DNA of 64,000 nucleotides from Tubulanus polymorphus. Lineage: Eukaryota > Animalia > Nemertea. This document shows positions 1 through 11,374 of the stretch, in pieces. Position 1 is the stretch's first letter; every line of letters starts with the position of its first letter. The stretch covers positions 15,804,950 through 15,868,949 of the forward strand of contig NC_134029.1 of the NCBI RefSeq assembly GCF_964204645.1. Reading direction: 5' to 3'. The notes under the pieces are model-generated. The model did not search any database and was not told where the DNA came from. It saw nothing but the letters and a program-made list of their open reading frames with translations. Position numbers and translations under genes: made by a program.

Positions 1-456
1 TTCAATAGCAGCTGGTCCAATATCACTTTTAAATGCTTCAGTTTTTTCACTTTCTTTTTTATTATCTAATAAATTAAGATAACTTCTAACATCTTCTATG
101 TATGGTCTTTTATTGTTTAATTTATTTTTTATTCTTTTAATTGTCTTCTGTTTCTTATCATTATCTTTATCAAAATAATCTTCACCTAAAATATCATTAT
201 TCATGTTTCTAATATGACTTTTAGATTTTAAATGTTCTTTATAATATCTTTTGTTACTGAATGATTGGTTACATGTATCACATTTGTATGTTTCTTTTCC
301 ATTCTTCAATTCCTCTAATTTATTTTCTGATATATCATCTTTATATTCTAATTTCAATTTATTCTCTATGTGAGATTTAGTTTTATTGTGCCTTGCTTTT
401 TGATATTTATCTATATTGATTTTACATGTCGGGCAGCGGTACTTATTTGCTTCCAT
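1..456 (-). CDS. polB: Protein-primed family B DNA polymerase, N-terminal 152 aa with two C2H2-type zinc fingers (partial, runs off window)
   Basis: Manual translation MEANKYRCPTCKINIDKYQKARHNKTKSH...CDTCNQSFSNKRYYKEHLKSKSH...AFKSDIGPAAIE is closely similar to the start of 60740..63691. Confidence 0.88.
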   Translation of the reverse strand, partial: MEANKYRCPTCKINIDKYQKARHNKTKSHIENKLKLEYKDDISENKLEELKNGKETYKCDTCNQSFSNKRYYKEHLKSKSHIRNMNNDILGEDYFDKDNDKKQKTIKRIKNKLNNKRPYIEDVRSYLNLLDNKKESEKTEAFKSDIGPAAIE

Positions 457-496
457 TTTAATATCAAATTTTTTATTAAAATTGATTTTACATATT

Positions 497-838
497 TTAT
501 TCGAAATCTATTTCATGGTGCCCTTTTTCATTCTTACCTTTATATATGAAATAGAAATCACCAGAACATAATTTTTCTAGATCTTCACTTGATAATCTAT
601 GAAATCTATCTGGTAAATATGTTCTGAATTTATATTTATTTCCTTTTGATCCTTCATATTCTAAGTGAATTATTAATTTATCTCCATATTTGTTAGTAAC
701 TGTATCAATATTTTTAATTAAATATTTCTTATGAATTGTTAATTCTGTTAATTTCTTAAATTTATAATCTACAGATTTGACATTTGTAGTATCTTTAATT
801 CTATCTAAGAATTCACTGTGTATTTGTTTACTCTCCAT
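497..838 (-). CDS. Conserved small Polinton protein (113 aa), possibly an OB-fold ssDNA-binding protein
   Basis: Intact ORF closely similar to 60290..60643 (FKKLTEL..KKYLI..TNKYGDKL...YLPDRF). The function is an inference from its beta-rich pattern and position next to PolB. Confidence 0.75.
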   Translation of the reverse strand: MESKQIHSEFLDRIKDTTNVKSVDYKFKKLTELTIHKKYLIKNIDTVTNKYGDKLIIHLEYEGSKGNKYKFRTYLPDRFHRLSSEDLEKLCSGDFYFIYKGKNEKGHHEIDFE

Positions 839-1533
839 TTTAATAACATATTTGTTATTAAAATTGATTTTAGAAGTTATTCGATGAATATTTTAAGAGT
901 AATAGGTAATAAGTTTTTTCAAGTCAAAGGTTGAAAGGTCGGAAAATAAATTCGAGTGTGCGAGAATTTATTCCCTATTACTCTGGTGCACTGAGTATGA
1001 GAATAGATAGACAATTCATTCGAATCTCGAACTTGTTATTAACCCGATCACACAGAAAGAATCTGTTTAGTTGTAAAATGTTATAAACTTAATTAGTTCA
1101 TTTCTGAAGCTGTCGCGTCTGACATAGTAAAATATCAATGATAATGGTTTAAAAAAGTAATATACTGGGTAGATAGGTGGCCGGCTGTGTCAACTCAGCA
1201 ACGAGTGGAGAGACAAAGTATCAATTTTATAGCCTTAGGACTTGGCTTTGAATCCTGAAAATCCCGACAGTTTGTATGGAACTTAGAATACTTTCTCTAT
1301 CTCCCGATACAGCTAGATTTGATTTCAGCTTCAGCAACAAACATATAAATATGACATCTGAGATGCTTTTGATTCGACGAAACCTTATAATCAATTAGGA
1401 GGTTTATAATTTATAATGATTATATGTATTTCATTTGAAAATCTATTAGGCCTACCTAAAATGGGTTACGTATTTACCTTCTCTTCCTTGTGTAAACAAC
1501 TGTTTGTCATTTAAAATCGAATTACCTAATACA

Positions 1534-2575
1534 TTAAGGATGTATGTGTTTCGGTTCGAGGAAAATGTCGACTTCTTGTTTGACAGTTGTGTACAGCTGA
1601 GATCTCGGGAATAACTTTAAAACCGGGATCGGGAGATCATTCTTACAAAATTTGTATGCTAGTTTGGTGAGCTCCAGCGAAACTAAGTCTTTAAATTTTA
1701 GGACTTTGCATTTTTTGAAAGTGGGGGAGTTATAGGCTGCATTGTCAATTTGACGTATTGCTTTCATTTGTAATTTTACAAGGATTTTTACTTGGGTTCT
1801 TGGAAGAAGGGGCCCCATACTGTAATTCCATATGTCAAATTACTATGTATGTACCCAAGGTATAATGCTCTTTTTATATGTGGGGGAATGAAGCTCTTTA
1901 GAGTCCTAAGTATATAGAGGTTTTTATTTAACTTAGCTATTAATTGCTCGATATGGTGTTCCCAGGTTAAATTAGAGTAAATATTTAGTCCGAGGAATTC
2001 AGTGTTGGTAAAGGTCAGTATGTGTTTCCCAATGTTTAATGTTTTGTTGAGTCCCTTGGCTCTAACACCCCTTGGTTTGAAAATTAAACTTTTAGTTAGG
2101 TTGAGTGTGAGTTGTTTGCGGAAAACCAATCAACAAGTGTTATTAGATCACATCTTTAATTTTGCAAAATGATATCGAGATTCTTTCTGGAGATGAATGG
2201 TTGTGTCGTCTGCAAAAAGATTGGAAAATTTAAGGCTATCATTTATATCATTGACATATAACAAAAAAAAACAAAGGACCAAGGACCGATCCTTGCGGGA
2301 CGCCGTATTCGACATTGTTTTGCATTGATGTTGTTCGATTATTACTAACATAAACTTTTCTATTGGTCATATAGCTTTTGAACCAACTTAACGGGGCTCC
2401 CTTATACCATAATACGAGAGTTTATATAAAAGTTTATTGTTACCGAGTGAGTCAAGCGCTTTAGATAAGTCAAGAGATATACCTATTGTAAATGTTTTGT
2501 CTTCCAGAATTTTTATAACGTTTCCTATGAATTCAGATAGAGCATGATTGGTTGATTCAAATTCAGATAGAGCAT
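1534..2575 (-). pseudogene. Decayed non-LTR retrotransposon (CR1/L2 group) reverse transcriptase and C-terminal region
   Basis: Motifs across frameshifts: STNHAL, IGISLDLSKALDS, YGIRG, YGVPQGSVLGPLFFLLYVND, LFADDT, FLGL..LTW..HI, YGITVWG, LQMKAIR. Confidence 0.9.
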
Positions 2576-2814
2576 ATATTCTGATAGAATTCTACCAATA
2601 TCATATATGAATAAATTACTTCTAAGGCTTCAATATTTCAGAAATAAAGCATAATTTGTATTTGATACGTATTTAATTCGTATTAGATACCATTAATACC
2701 TAACCCCCTTTTTTAATGAAATATAATTTATACAATATTTCATACATTTCAGCCAATATGTTTTATATTTTCAGTCAATTTAACAGAATTTCAGTCTAAT
2801 TCTTAATTTGAATT

Positions 2815-3060
2815 TTATAATTTATCATTTAATTCGTGAATATATCTATGAGTTTTTAATGATTTTTCATTTTTATATTTTTTATAACATATTTCACAGC
2901 ATTTGATATTATTAACTCTATCTGATAGATAAAATTCTAACAGCTGTTTCAAACTATAAACTGAAAATGAAACTAATCCTGAAAGCATTATAATTGATTT
3001 AATATTCTGTTGATTTCTGTAAATAAGATGTAATATTTCTAATACCTTACTTTCACTCAT
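2815..3060 (-). CDS. Small C2H2 zinc-finger protein of copy A'
   Basis: Likely start MSESKVL at 3060; hydrophobic stretch, then CEICYKKYKNEKSLKTHRYIH. Confidence 0.55.
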   Translation of the reverse strand: MSESKVLEILHLIYRNQQNIKSIIMLSGLVSFSVYSLKQLLEFYLSDRVNNIKCCEICYKKYKNEKSLKTHRYIHELNDKL

Positions 3061-3091
3061 TTTTTTATTAAAATATATAAAATAAAATAGA

Positions 3092-3322
3092 TTAAAAGAT
3101 ACTGTAATCCTCTTGATCATTTTCTAAATTAACTTTTTTATTCTTTTTACTTTTATGATTATTTCCATTTAATTTCTTTAATTTCTTATTCAATTTCATA
3201 TTCTCATTCATCAAATCTTTACTAATATTTTCATAATAAAAGTATAATGCGGCCAATATTAACCCTCCTGCTACAAGGTAATGTTTCAAATCACTACTTC
3301 CGGTTGGAATGAAACCATCCAT
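3092..3322 (-). CDS. Small single-TM protein with basic tail (76 aa)
   Basis: TM segment YLVAGGLILAALYFYY; preceded by the AATTTTTTTCTTTAATAAATG motif shared with structural genes of copy C. Confidence 0.65.
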   Translation of the reverse strand: MDGFIPTGSSDLKHYLVAGGLILAALYFYYENISKDLMNENMKLNKKLKKLNGNNHKSKKNKKVNLENDQEDYSIF

Positions 3323-3495
3323 TTATTAAAGAAAAAAATTAAAAAATTAATAAATATTCAATATTTCATAATCATTTTTAAAATATTAAACTTTCATATG
3401 ATTAAATCAAATAACAATTAAACTTTCTAACAGTTATTCAATAACTAATTTCTCAATGTTTTAACTATTATATATTTGAAACATAGAGCTTTACC

Positions 3496-4131
3496 TTATT
3501 TAAATATAGAATTATTATTCTTTTCATTATTGATATGTTTAATTGTCTGATAATGCTTTGATTTATGTGATTTTAAATATTTACCTCCGCAATAACAATA
3601 TATTTTTTCATTAGGATTGAATTTTCTAAATTCATTATCTAAATAACATTGAATTCCAATACCTTTATAAGAATTATTATTATCTAATTCACATTGAATT
3701 CCAACATTTGATGAATTTTCATTATAGATAATTTGTTTATTATCAAAATTGAAATAATATAATTGTCTTTTTTCAATTCTTAAGTTAATCAAATCATTGT
3801 TACCTTTAGACAGTATTAAATCGCTATCTCTTTCATTAAATGGAGTCTCAAGAATATCTATGTTTTCATCTAAATTACCTTTACAATTTAAAACTGTATT
3901 AAATATTTTCGGATTTTTGTTTCCATTATCAAAAGTATCTACTACTTCAGTAATTAAATATGTTTCACTTGATAATATTTGATTAATTACAGTAATATTA
4001 TCAATTTTATATTGTCTTGCATACACTAAATTTGTTGCTGAAATATAATTTTTAATGTTAAACTGTAAAAATAATTTATTGGTTTCATTGATTTCGATTT
4101 TGAATTTAGGTTCTTCTTCTTCTTTCTTCAT
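3496..4131 (-). CDS. Polinton accessory protein (211 aa) with C-terminal CxCG..H..H zinc finger
   Basis: Intact ORF homologous to 49221..49739; contains a GIQCxLD repeat and CYCGGKYLKSHKSKHYQTIKH. Confidence 0.75.
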   Translation of the reverse strand: MKKEEEEPKFKIEINETNKLFLQFNIKNYISATNLVYARQYKIDNITVINQILSSETYLITEVVDTFDNGNKNPKIFNTVLNCKGNLDENIDILETPFNERDSDLILSKGNNDLINLRIEKRQLYYFNFDNKQIIYNENSSNVGIQCELDNNNSYKGIGIQCYLDNEFRKFNPNEKIYCYCGGKYLKSHKSKHYQTIKHINNEKNNNSIFK

Positions 4132-4189
4132 TTTTATAACAAAACTTTTATTAAAATAAATCTAACTCATTCAAATATAAATATTCAAT

Positions 4190-4415
4190 GTTAAAATATG
4201 AAATATTTCACGCAAACTTTACTCACACTTTTATGTTTAAAAAATCTAATTTAAATCAACTCGTTAATTACTCGCTACTTTTCATAATATGAGTTATTTC
4301 ACTCCGACTTTACTCACACTTATATATTCTTTTAATCATCCATTTATTTTACTTATATTTTTTTTCGAAATCTGTTAAAATATGAATTATTTCTCATACT
4401 TTACTCACACTTTTA
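4190..4415. repeat. Three subterminal ~90-bp direct repeats of copy A'
   Basis: AATATGA.TTATTTC....ACTTTACTCACACTT at about 4195, 4286 and 4379; a related single copy lies in the TIR of copy C (about 63745-63790). Confidence 0.7.
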
Positions 4416-4590
4416 TAATTAATACATAATTTATTTTAAGATATATGAAATTCATGTAAATAATGTTCATTTACATGAAATTATTAGGAGTAATTGGGAA
4501 AGTTTTTTTTCAGGTCAAAGGTTGAGAGGGAGAGTGAGCTCGACCTCTCGACCTTTAGCCGGAACCAACACTTTCCCAATTACCTATTAC

Positions 4591-4710
4591 CAATCAAGGT
4601 TGCAGTCGCGTGTGTAATTAATCCAAATTGGTCTTAATATTGTTGGTAGGAGGTCAAGGGTTAAGTTCAAGTCAAGAAATTTTGAAATGTCATTCTTACT
4701 CTAATATTAT
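4591..4710 (-). pseudogene. LINE apurinic endonuclease C-terminal remnant
   Basis: Minus-strand translation gives LDLLPTILRP..ITHATATLI, matching the PT..RPTR...TLID motif of APE-type LINE endonucleases; same strand as the RT at 1534-2575. Confidence 0.6.
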
Positions 4711-5673
4711 TTTAGTCAAATGTAAAGAAATTTAGTATTATTAAAAAACAATAAAAAAACATTATGTTTTTTTTATTGAATCTATTTAAAATATTATTTA
4801 ATCCAGTGAGCATAAATTATAATTGCAATATTTTGAATAATAAATAAAGAATAAACGAGTGTACCGATGAAAGTTCAGAAGAAAAGAAAAAAAAATGATC
4901 GTAACTATGTATGTATATACCTAGATAATCACAAACAAAATTCAGTTAGTGTCAAAAAAGTATTGCCTGGATCAGCCAACTAGACCCAAGGCTAACTGAA
5001 TATAGTCTTCTAGCCTAAAGTTATAGCAAAACAGATATTAGTTTTTACCAGTGCTGTATCCATAAAGAAGATAATGATTTTCATCCTTCGAATTTTGACC
5101 TACACTTGATTTGGTGTGCTGATCTGGAAGTTTATCAATTAGGCATATTATTTCTGCTTTTAAGTCACGTAATGCATCGATATTTGGCTAATTTCTTGAA
5201 CCGTGCATCCTAATTTTTCAACAATTTCCTCCAAGTTACTTTCGGGTTTAACTGTGGATGATCGTTCTTTCCATTTTTTTTGTTTGGCGGTGCATTTTTA
5301 GACGCTGGTTTGTCACTATTGCTGGCATCCACGAAAACCTCTGGTTCTTTGTCCTCTGGTATATCGCTTAGAATATGATCCACACGTTTTGATTATTTGG
5401 TATCATATCCTATTATACGCAAGACAGTATTTGTTAGGTGTCAGAATAAGTTTTGAGTATAAGTACGTTTCAACTAACTACGCCTCAGGAATGCCACATA
5501 GCTATTTCCATGGATTCAAATATAAAACTACAAGACTGTCGAATTCACCATCAGCATAAGGAGATATACTTCCAATTTTGATTGAATTCTGTCACGAAAT
5601 GTTCAATGTCACATCCAGAGTAATTTACAGACCCATCTTATGGTAGAAAAGCAGTAAGAATATCTGTTTTACA

Positions 5674-5871
<198 letters not shown>

Positions 5872-6116
5872 TTATAAACGCCAACTTATCGGGACATGCG
5901 TGATTCTGAGACTCGGAGTATTGGGGCCTCTCTGTCGTATTGGGTCATTTTCTATTTATTGGGACTAGGACCCAATAATTTTGGCCCCAATTATTTAGCT
6001 GATGTGGTTAGCACCCATACATTATTATATCGTATGTGGCAGAAACGCATATTGGGTCGTTGAGTAGCGACACAACACCCCTCTGGTGGTGAACTCCGGA
6101 AACGTTATGTATGATT

Positions 6117-6185
6117 CGACCAATCAGATTTGATATATATCTATCGACCAATCAGATTGATTCGTATGACTCGACCAATCAGATT
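6117..6185 (+). promoter_or_regulatory. Three phased CCAAT-box motifs
   Basis: CGACCAATCAGATT at 6117, 6145 and 6172 (27-28 bp spacing), matching the NF-Y consensus. Confidence 0.45.
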
Positions 6186-7649
6186 CAAGGATCACATCAA
6201 CGTGGCGGCCATTATCGTTGTTTCGATTCGGAATTATGTTTAGCGTTTATGCACGGCTTGTTGGGTAAGTACTATTGATAAATGAAATCTTTTTGCTCGT
6301 ATCAACTGAGTTAGTTACCTAATCGTCGGTGGTAAGCTTTTTATAATCGGATGGGCTTATATCAACGTGTGGTTTGTGAAAATATCCGATCGTGAAACTA
6401 AACCACTGACAGGTTAGGCTATCGTTAACTAGCCTAACGTTAACAATAGATTCATTGAATGTTCTTTGAATAATTCAATTCAGTAGGCCAATTCTATGTC
6501 ACTGAACAGTTGCCAAACAATACACCCATGGACCGTAGTAGGCCTAAACAAACCGGACATATTTGGGGCGACTTTTACTCTTGATTTCGTTCGTTTGGCA
6601 TGATATTTTAATTCAGGCTTTTAGGCCTACCGCAGGTGTAATCAGGTCGGCACCGGTAGTCCAACACAGTCACAGCCAATTTATCATGGGGGTGTGATTG
6701 TGAAGAGATAGGCCTAGGTCTATGGTGGAACTTTTAGGCTTATATTGGATGTCATAACTAAGGATTCACATCGGAGTGCTCCGTAGTTAGGAGTGCTCCC
6801 TAAGCCGGCTTTTGGCAGTAGTTAGCACAACTGTGGAGTCGGAGAAACCAATATGGCATCTCATTCAAAGAGCGGCTGTAATTCAAGCCCAAACTATTGA
6901 CATTTTGACCAAAAGAAAGTAAGATTTTTGGCTAAAAGTTACTGATTTTTGTTTCCCAAAAAATTTTTTTTCCATTAGGCCTATTTTCCAACTTTTTCAG
7001 TATGGGCCGTTTTCATCCCTGATCATGTATATATTTTAGCTACTACTCAATTGCTTTAGGCCTATAAAGTAATTCGATAAGCCTACAAGTCGTGTGGAAG
7101 ATTCCAATCAATCCGCAGTTGAACCACATGGAGAGTCTTATGACAGATAGGCCTATGAGTCAGCTTGCCGCAACCGATGGTAAATCAGTTTAGTTATTCC
7201 ATATCTTTTTAGCCCACTTGGAACTGGTCTAGTACCTAGCCGTTGGTTGTAGGGAACCGGTATTCGGTAACAACGACTGGTATTCAGACTAACTTGGAAC
7301 TTAAGACCTTAAGTTGATTTTATTGGGAAATATAAGACCAAGATCTAGTAACGTGTCGTATACGGCTGAGTGTTTATGTGGTAGGTAGTTTAACGTGTAC
7401 AGTCGGGTATTGGATGGTGCTGCCATCTTGGGTCCGGATGGTAGTCCGCAGGCAGAGGGGAGTCGTCTTCCAGAGTTGTTTAGCCAGTCGAAAACTGGTT
7501 GTTCGGGGAGACAGTCGTAATAAAACTACTGGCATATTCTATCAGTCTATGCTTTTTATTTTAATCTCTAGTTCTCAGGAGCAGGAGTTGGAGTCTTCCA
7601 AGGCGGAGTGTGCTGGCGTGTCCACCGTACACGTCCGCTGAAATAGTCG

Positions 7650-9680
7650 CTACTGTTCGTTCCTCAACGAGAGGACCGACATCCCTCGACATCGATCGTG
7701 CGAGAAGCTCGCTAAGGGGGCGCTGCTGTTTGTCCCTCAACGAGAGGATCGACATCGATCGTGCGAGAAGCTCGCTAAGGGGCGCTGCTGTTCGACCCTC
7801 AACGAGAGGATCGACATCGATCGTGCGAGAGGCTCGCTAAGGGGCGCTGCTGTTCGACCCTCAACGAGAGGATCGACATCACTCGCATCGGTCGTGCGAG
7901 AAGCTCGCTAAGGGCGCGCTGCTGTTCGACCCTCAACGAGAGGACCGACATCGGTCGTGCGAGAAGCTCGCTAAGGGCGCGCTACTGTTCGTTCCTCAAC
8001 GAGAGGACCGACATCGCTCGACATCAATCGTGCGAGAAGCTCGCTAAGGGGGCGCTGCTGTTCGACCCTCAACGAGAGGATCGACATCGATCGTGCGAGA
8101 AGCTCGCTAAGGGGCGTTGCTGTTCGACCCTCAACGAGAGGACCGACATCGCTCGACATCGGTCGTGCGCGAAGCTCGCTAAGGGCGCGCTGCTGTTCGT
8201 TCCTCAACGGGAGGAGCGACGTTGCTCCAAATTGATCGTGCGAGAAGCTCGCTAAGGAGACGCCGCTGTTCGATCCTCAACGGGAGGACCGACATCGATC
8301 GTGCGAAAGGCTCGCTAAAGAGACACCGCTGTTCGATTCTCAACGGGAGGACCGACATCGATCGTGCGAGAAGCTCGTTAAGGAGACGCAGCTGTTCGAT
8401 CCTCAACGGGAGGACCGACAGCGATCGTGCGAGATGCTCGCCAATGGCGCGCTGCTGTTCGACCCTCAATGAGAGGACCGATGTTGCTCCAAATTGATCG
8501 TGCGAGAAGCTCGCTAAGGAGTCGCCGCTGTTCGATCCTCAATGAGAGGACTGACTTCGCTCGACTTTGATCGTGCAAAAGGCTTGCTAGGGAGACGCCG
8601 CTGTTCGTTCCTCAACGGGAGGACCGAGATCGATCGTACGAGAAGCTTGTTAAGGAGACGCCGCTGTTCGACCCTCAATGAGAGGACCAATGTTGCTCCA
8701 AATTGATCGTGCGAGAAGCTCGCTGAGGAGTCGCCGCTGTTCGATCCTCAATGAGAGGACTGAATTCGCTCGACTTTGATCGTGCAAAAGGCTTGCTAGG
8801 GAGACGCCGCTGTTCGTTCCTCAACGGGAGGACCGAGATCGATCGTACGAGAAGCTTGTTAAGGAGACACCGCTGTTCGTTCCTCAACGAGAGGACCGAC
8901 ATCGCTCGACATCGGTCGTGCGAGAAGCTCGCTTAGGGCGCGCTGCTGTTCGTTCCTCAACAGGAGGACCGACGTTGCTCCAAATTGATCGTGCGAGAAG
9001 CTCGCTAAGGAGTCGCCGCTGTTCGATCCTCAACGGGAGGACCGACATCGATCGTGCGAAAGGCTCGCTAAAGAGACGCCGCTGTTCGATCCTCAACGGG
9101 AGGACCGACATCGATCGTGCGAGAAACTCGTTAAGGAGACGCTGCCGTTCGATCCTCAACGGGAGGACCGACATGGATCGTGCGAGATGCTCGCTAATGG
9201 CGCGCTGCTGTTCGACCCTCAACGAGAGGACCAATGTTGACCGATGTCTCCAAATTGATCGTACGAGAAGCTTGCTAAGGAGTCGCCGCTGTTCGATCCT
9301 CTACGAGAGGATCCACTATGATCGTGCAAAAGGCTTGCTAGGGAGACGCCGCTGTTCGTTCCTCAACGGGAGGACCGAGATCGATCGTGCGAGAAGCTCG
9401 CTAAGGAGGCGCCGCTGTTCGATCCTCAACGAGAGAACCGACATCGCTTGACATCGTTTGTGCGAGAGAGACGTGTCTACCGTTCACGTTCGCTTAAGAG
9501 AATGCCGCCGTTCGGTTCTCAACGCGGGAACCGACGTCTCTCGACATTGTTCGCGTGGGAAAGACGAGTCTAGTGTCCTCAACACGAGGGCCGACAACGA
9601 CCGATAACGTTTGTGTAGGGAGTTCACTGAATTAAGCACTGTTGTCCGTTCTCAACGCGAGGACCGACGTCGACCGACAT
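7650..9680. repeat. GC-rich minisatellite, ~63-bp core unit, about 30 copies
   Basis: Unit GCTGTTCGATCCTCAACGGGAGGACCGACATCGATCGTGCGAGAAGCTCGCTAAGGAGACGCC with 10-12 bp insertion variants; decays after 9450. Confidence 0.95.
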
Positions 9681-9936
9681 TGACCGTTTTACTGTTACAG
9701 AGAGTGGAAGTAGAAGGGGACGTCTTGGCAACAAGTTCCGGGCAAAAGCAGAACGACCCTGAACAGCAGCCGCCGGTCCCCTAAGAGGGATTGGAGTGTT
9801 TCGGCTGCGACATTTAGTTCCGCTATTTAACGTACATTGTCGCTGATTGGCTGATTTACGCCGCACATGCGCACGGAGGTGCGCAACTTAGAAAATTCAA
9901 GGAAAGTGTAGAGAACAGAGTTAGAGAAAATAGAGC

Positions 9937-10006
9937 AGCTAGAGCGAGACTCAAACCTGGGCAAGTAAATTACTAGCGCAGCGTCATCCCACTAGATCAC
10001 CGAGCT
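9937..10006 (-). other. tRNA-derived (SINE-head-like) sequence
   Basis: Minus strand AGCTCGGTGATCTAGTGG (A box-like) ... CCAGGTTTGAGTCT (B box-like), about 70 nt; not a clean cloverleaf. Confidence 0.45.
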
Positions 10007-10969
10007 CGTGAAAACCAACCAAATGTTTTCAGATGCAAGATGGCCGTTCTGTTTCCTATTTTGTACCAAAAAAATGTCAATTTTGGCCTCAATTTCAACT
10101 AGGCCTACTACTCAATTGCTTATGCATGTTCATATTTTTTATTTTCATAGGAAGATGGACCACCGCGTTCGGTACGAGTGGTGCAGAAGATTCCAATCAA
10201 TCCACAGGTTAACCACATGGAGAGACATGACAGATGAGTCAACATGACAGATTGACATTGACATTTCCACCAAGTACTAACTAATCACCTAAAAGGACCC
10301 ATTAGGCCCAATGTTTGTTAAAGTCTATCATACTGAATGTATATAATTCATCACCTAGGAATCCCCGAATTGAGGGAAATCTATGATAGAATGTATTGTT
10401 ATTACACAGCAAACCCACAGTTAGATTGGTCTGGTAAAATCTATCATATGGATTATTATGTACTATAAGACAAAGGACCCAATAGGTCGGTACAATCTAT
10501 CATGTGGAATGTATTAGTTATTACACAGGAAACCAGCTGTTTGATCGACCCAATAGATAGGTACAATCTATAAAATGTAATAGGCCCTATATCATTTATA
10601 AAAATATATTAATGTAATTGATTTAATGTATTTATATACATGTATCTACCCTAGATACATCTTGTACCCAAAAACTGAGCTTGGTCAGAATCAACATGGT
10701 TGACTGGTGGCCATTTTTGTTCGCTGAAATCAGCACTTTCCTACTCATTTTTGAAGTTTTCAAGGGAATTTTGAAGACACTGATCGAATTACCTTGATCT
10801 ATCAGATCGTGTACTCGAAGGTTCCATCAGCATGAGAGAAATTTTGGGTCAATCGGATGCAAGATGGCCATCCTGTGACCTTTTTTCGTACCCAAAAAAT
10901 ATCAATTTTTGTCTCAATTTCAACCACTACTCAATTGCTTATGCATGTTCATATTTTTAATTTTCGCAG

Positions 10970-11083
10970 GAAAATGGACCACCGAGTTCGATACAATTGG
11001 TGTGGAAGATTCCAATCAATCCGCAGTTGAATCACATAGAGAGAGTCTTATGGTAGATACGAGTCAACTTTCCGAGACCGATG
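10970..11083 (+). other. Candidate 114-nt phase 1-1 exon; intact copies also at 21090-21203 and 23544-23657, frameshifted copies at 13612, 16135 and 18658
   Basis: Pyrimidine tract + CAG acceptor, open frame (G)KWTTEFDTIGVEDSNQSAVESHRESLMVDTSQLSETD(G), GTAAAT donor. Confidence 0.5.
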
Positions 11084-11374
11084 GTAAATCAGTTTAGTTA
11101 TTTCATACCTTTTTAGCCCACTAGGGACTTTAGACCGAAAGTCGATTATTTGGGATATTTCTCTAAAACTTTTGAACACATACTGTAGGCCTACCTGAAT
11201 TTGATCATCATACTACCAGTGAAACTGGTATATTGTGGGTTGACTGTAAATCAATTTTAACAATATGTTTCCGTGCCTACCATTTGAAATTATAATCAAA
11301 TCATCAAAAATCAATGGTTCGTAGGCATGGAAACTCAGGACGCATATTGTTAGAATTTCAAAAATGGCTTATTT

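Larger units (their letters stand above)
1..984 (-). mobile_element. Right end of Polinton/Maverick-like element copy A (continues off the left edge of the window)
   Basis: Contains the PolB N-terminus and a 113-aa ORF homologous to genes of copy C. Ends in ...TTCCCTATTACTCT, the reverse complement of the AGTAATAGGG terminus at 48270. Confidence 0.85.
2580..4590 (-). mobile_element. Truncated Polinton-like element copy A' (right portion with terminal hairpin)
   Basis: 2680-2760 resembles the convergent intergenic zone of copy C (TTAGATACC..AACCCCCTTTTTT, 53170-53230). ORF 3496..4131 is homologous to 49221..49739. Terminus is ...CCCAATTACCTATTAC at 4590. Confidence 0.8.

Noticed and set aside
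1175-1265. tRNA gene (also about 46715-46775)
   Set aside because: Only a B box-like word with no cloverleaf; at most decayed SINE heads.
7650-9680. CRISPR-like array of palindromic repeats
   Set aside because: No unique spacers, the whole unit repeats, there are no cas genes and the context is eukaryotic; it is a minisatellite.
7248-9812. Solo LTR bounded by TGT...ACA
   Set aside because: Flanks (TTGGT vs TTTAG) give no TSD, and no PBS or PPT is evident.
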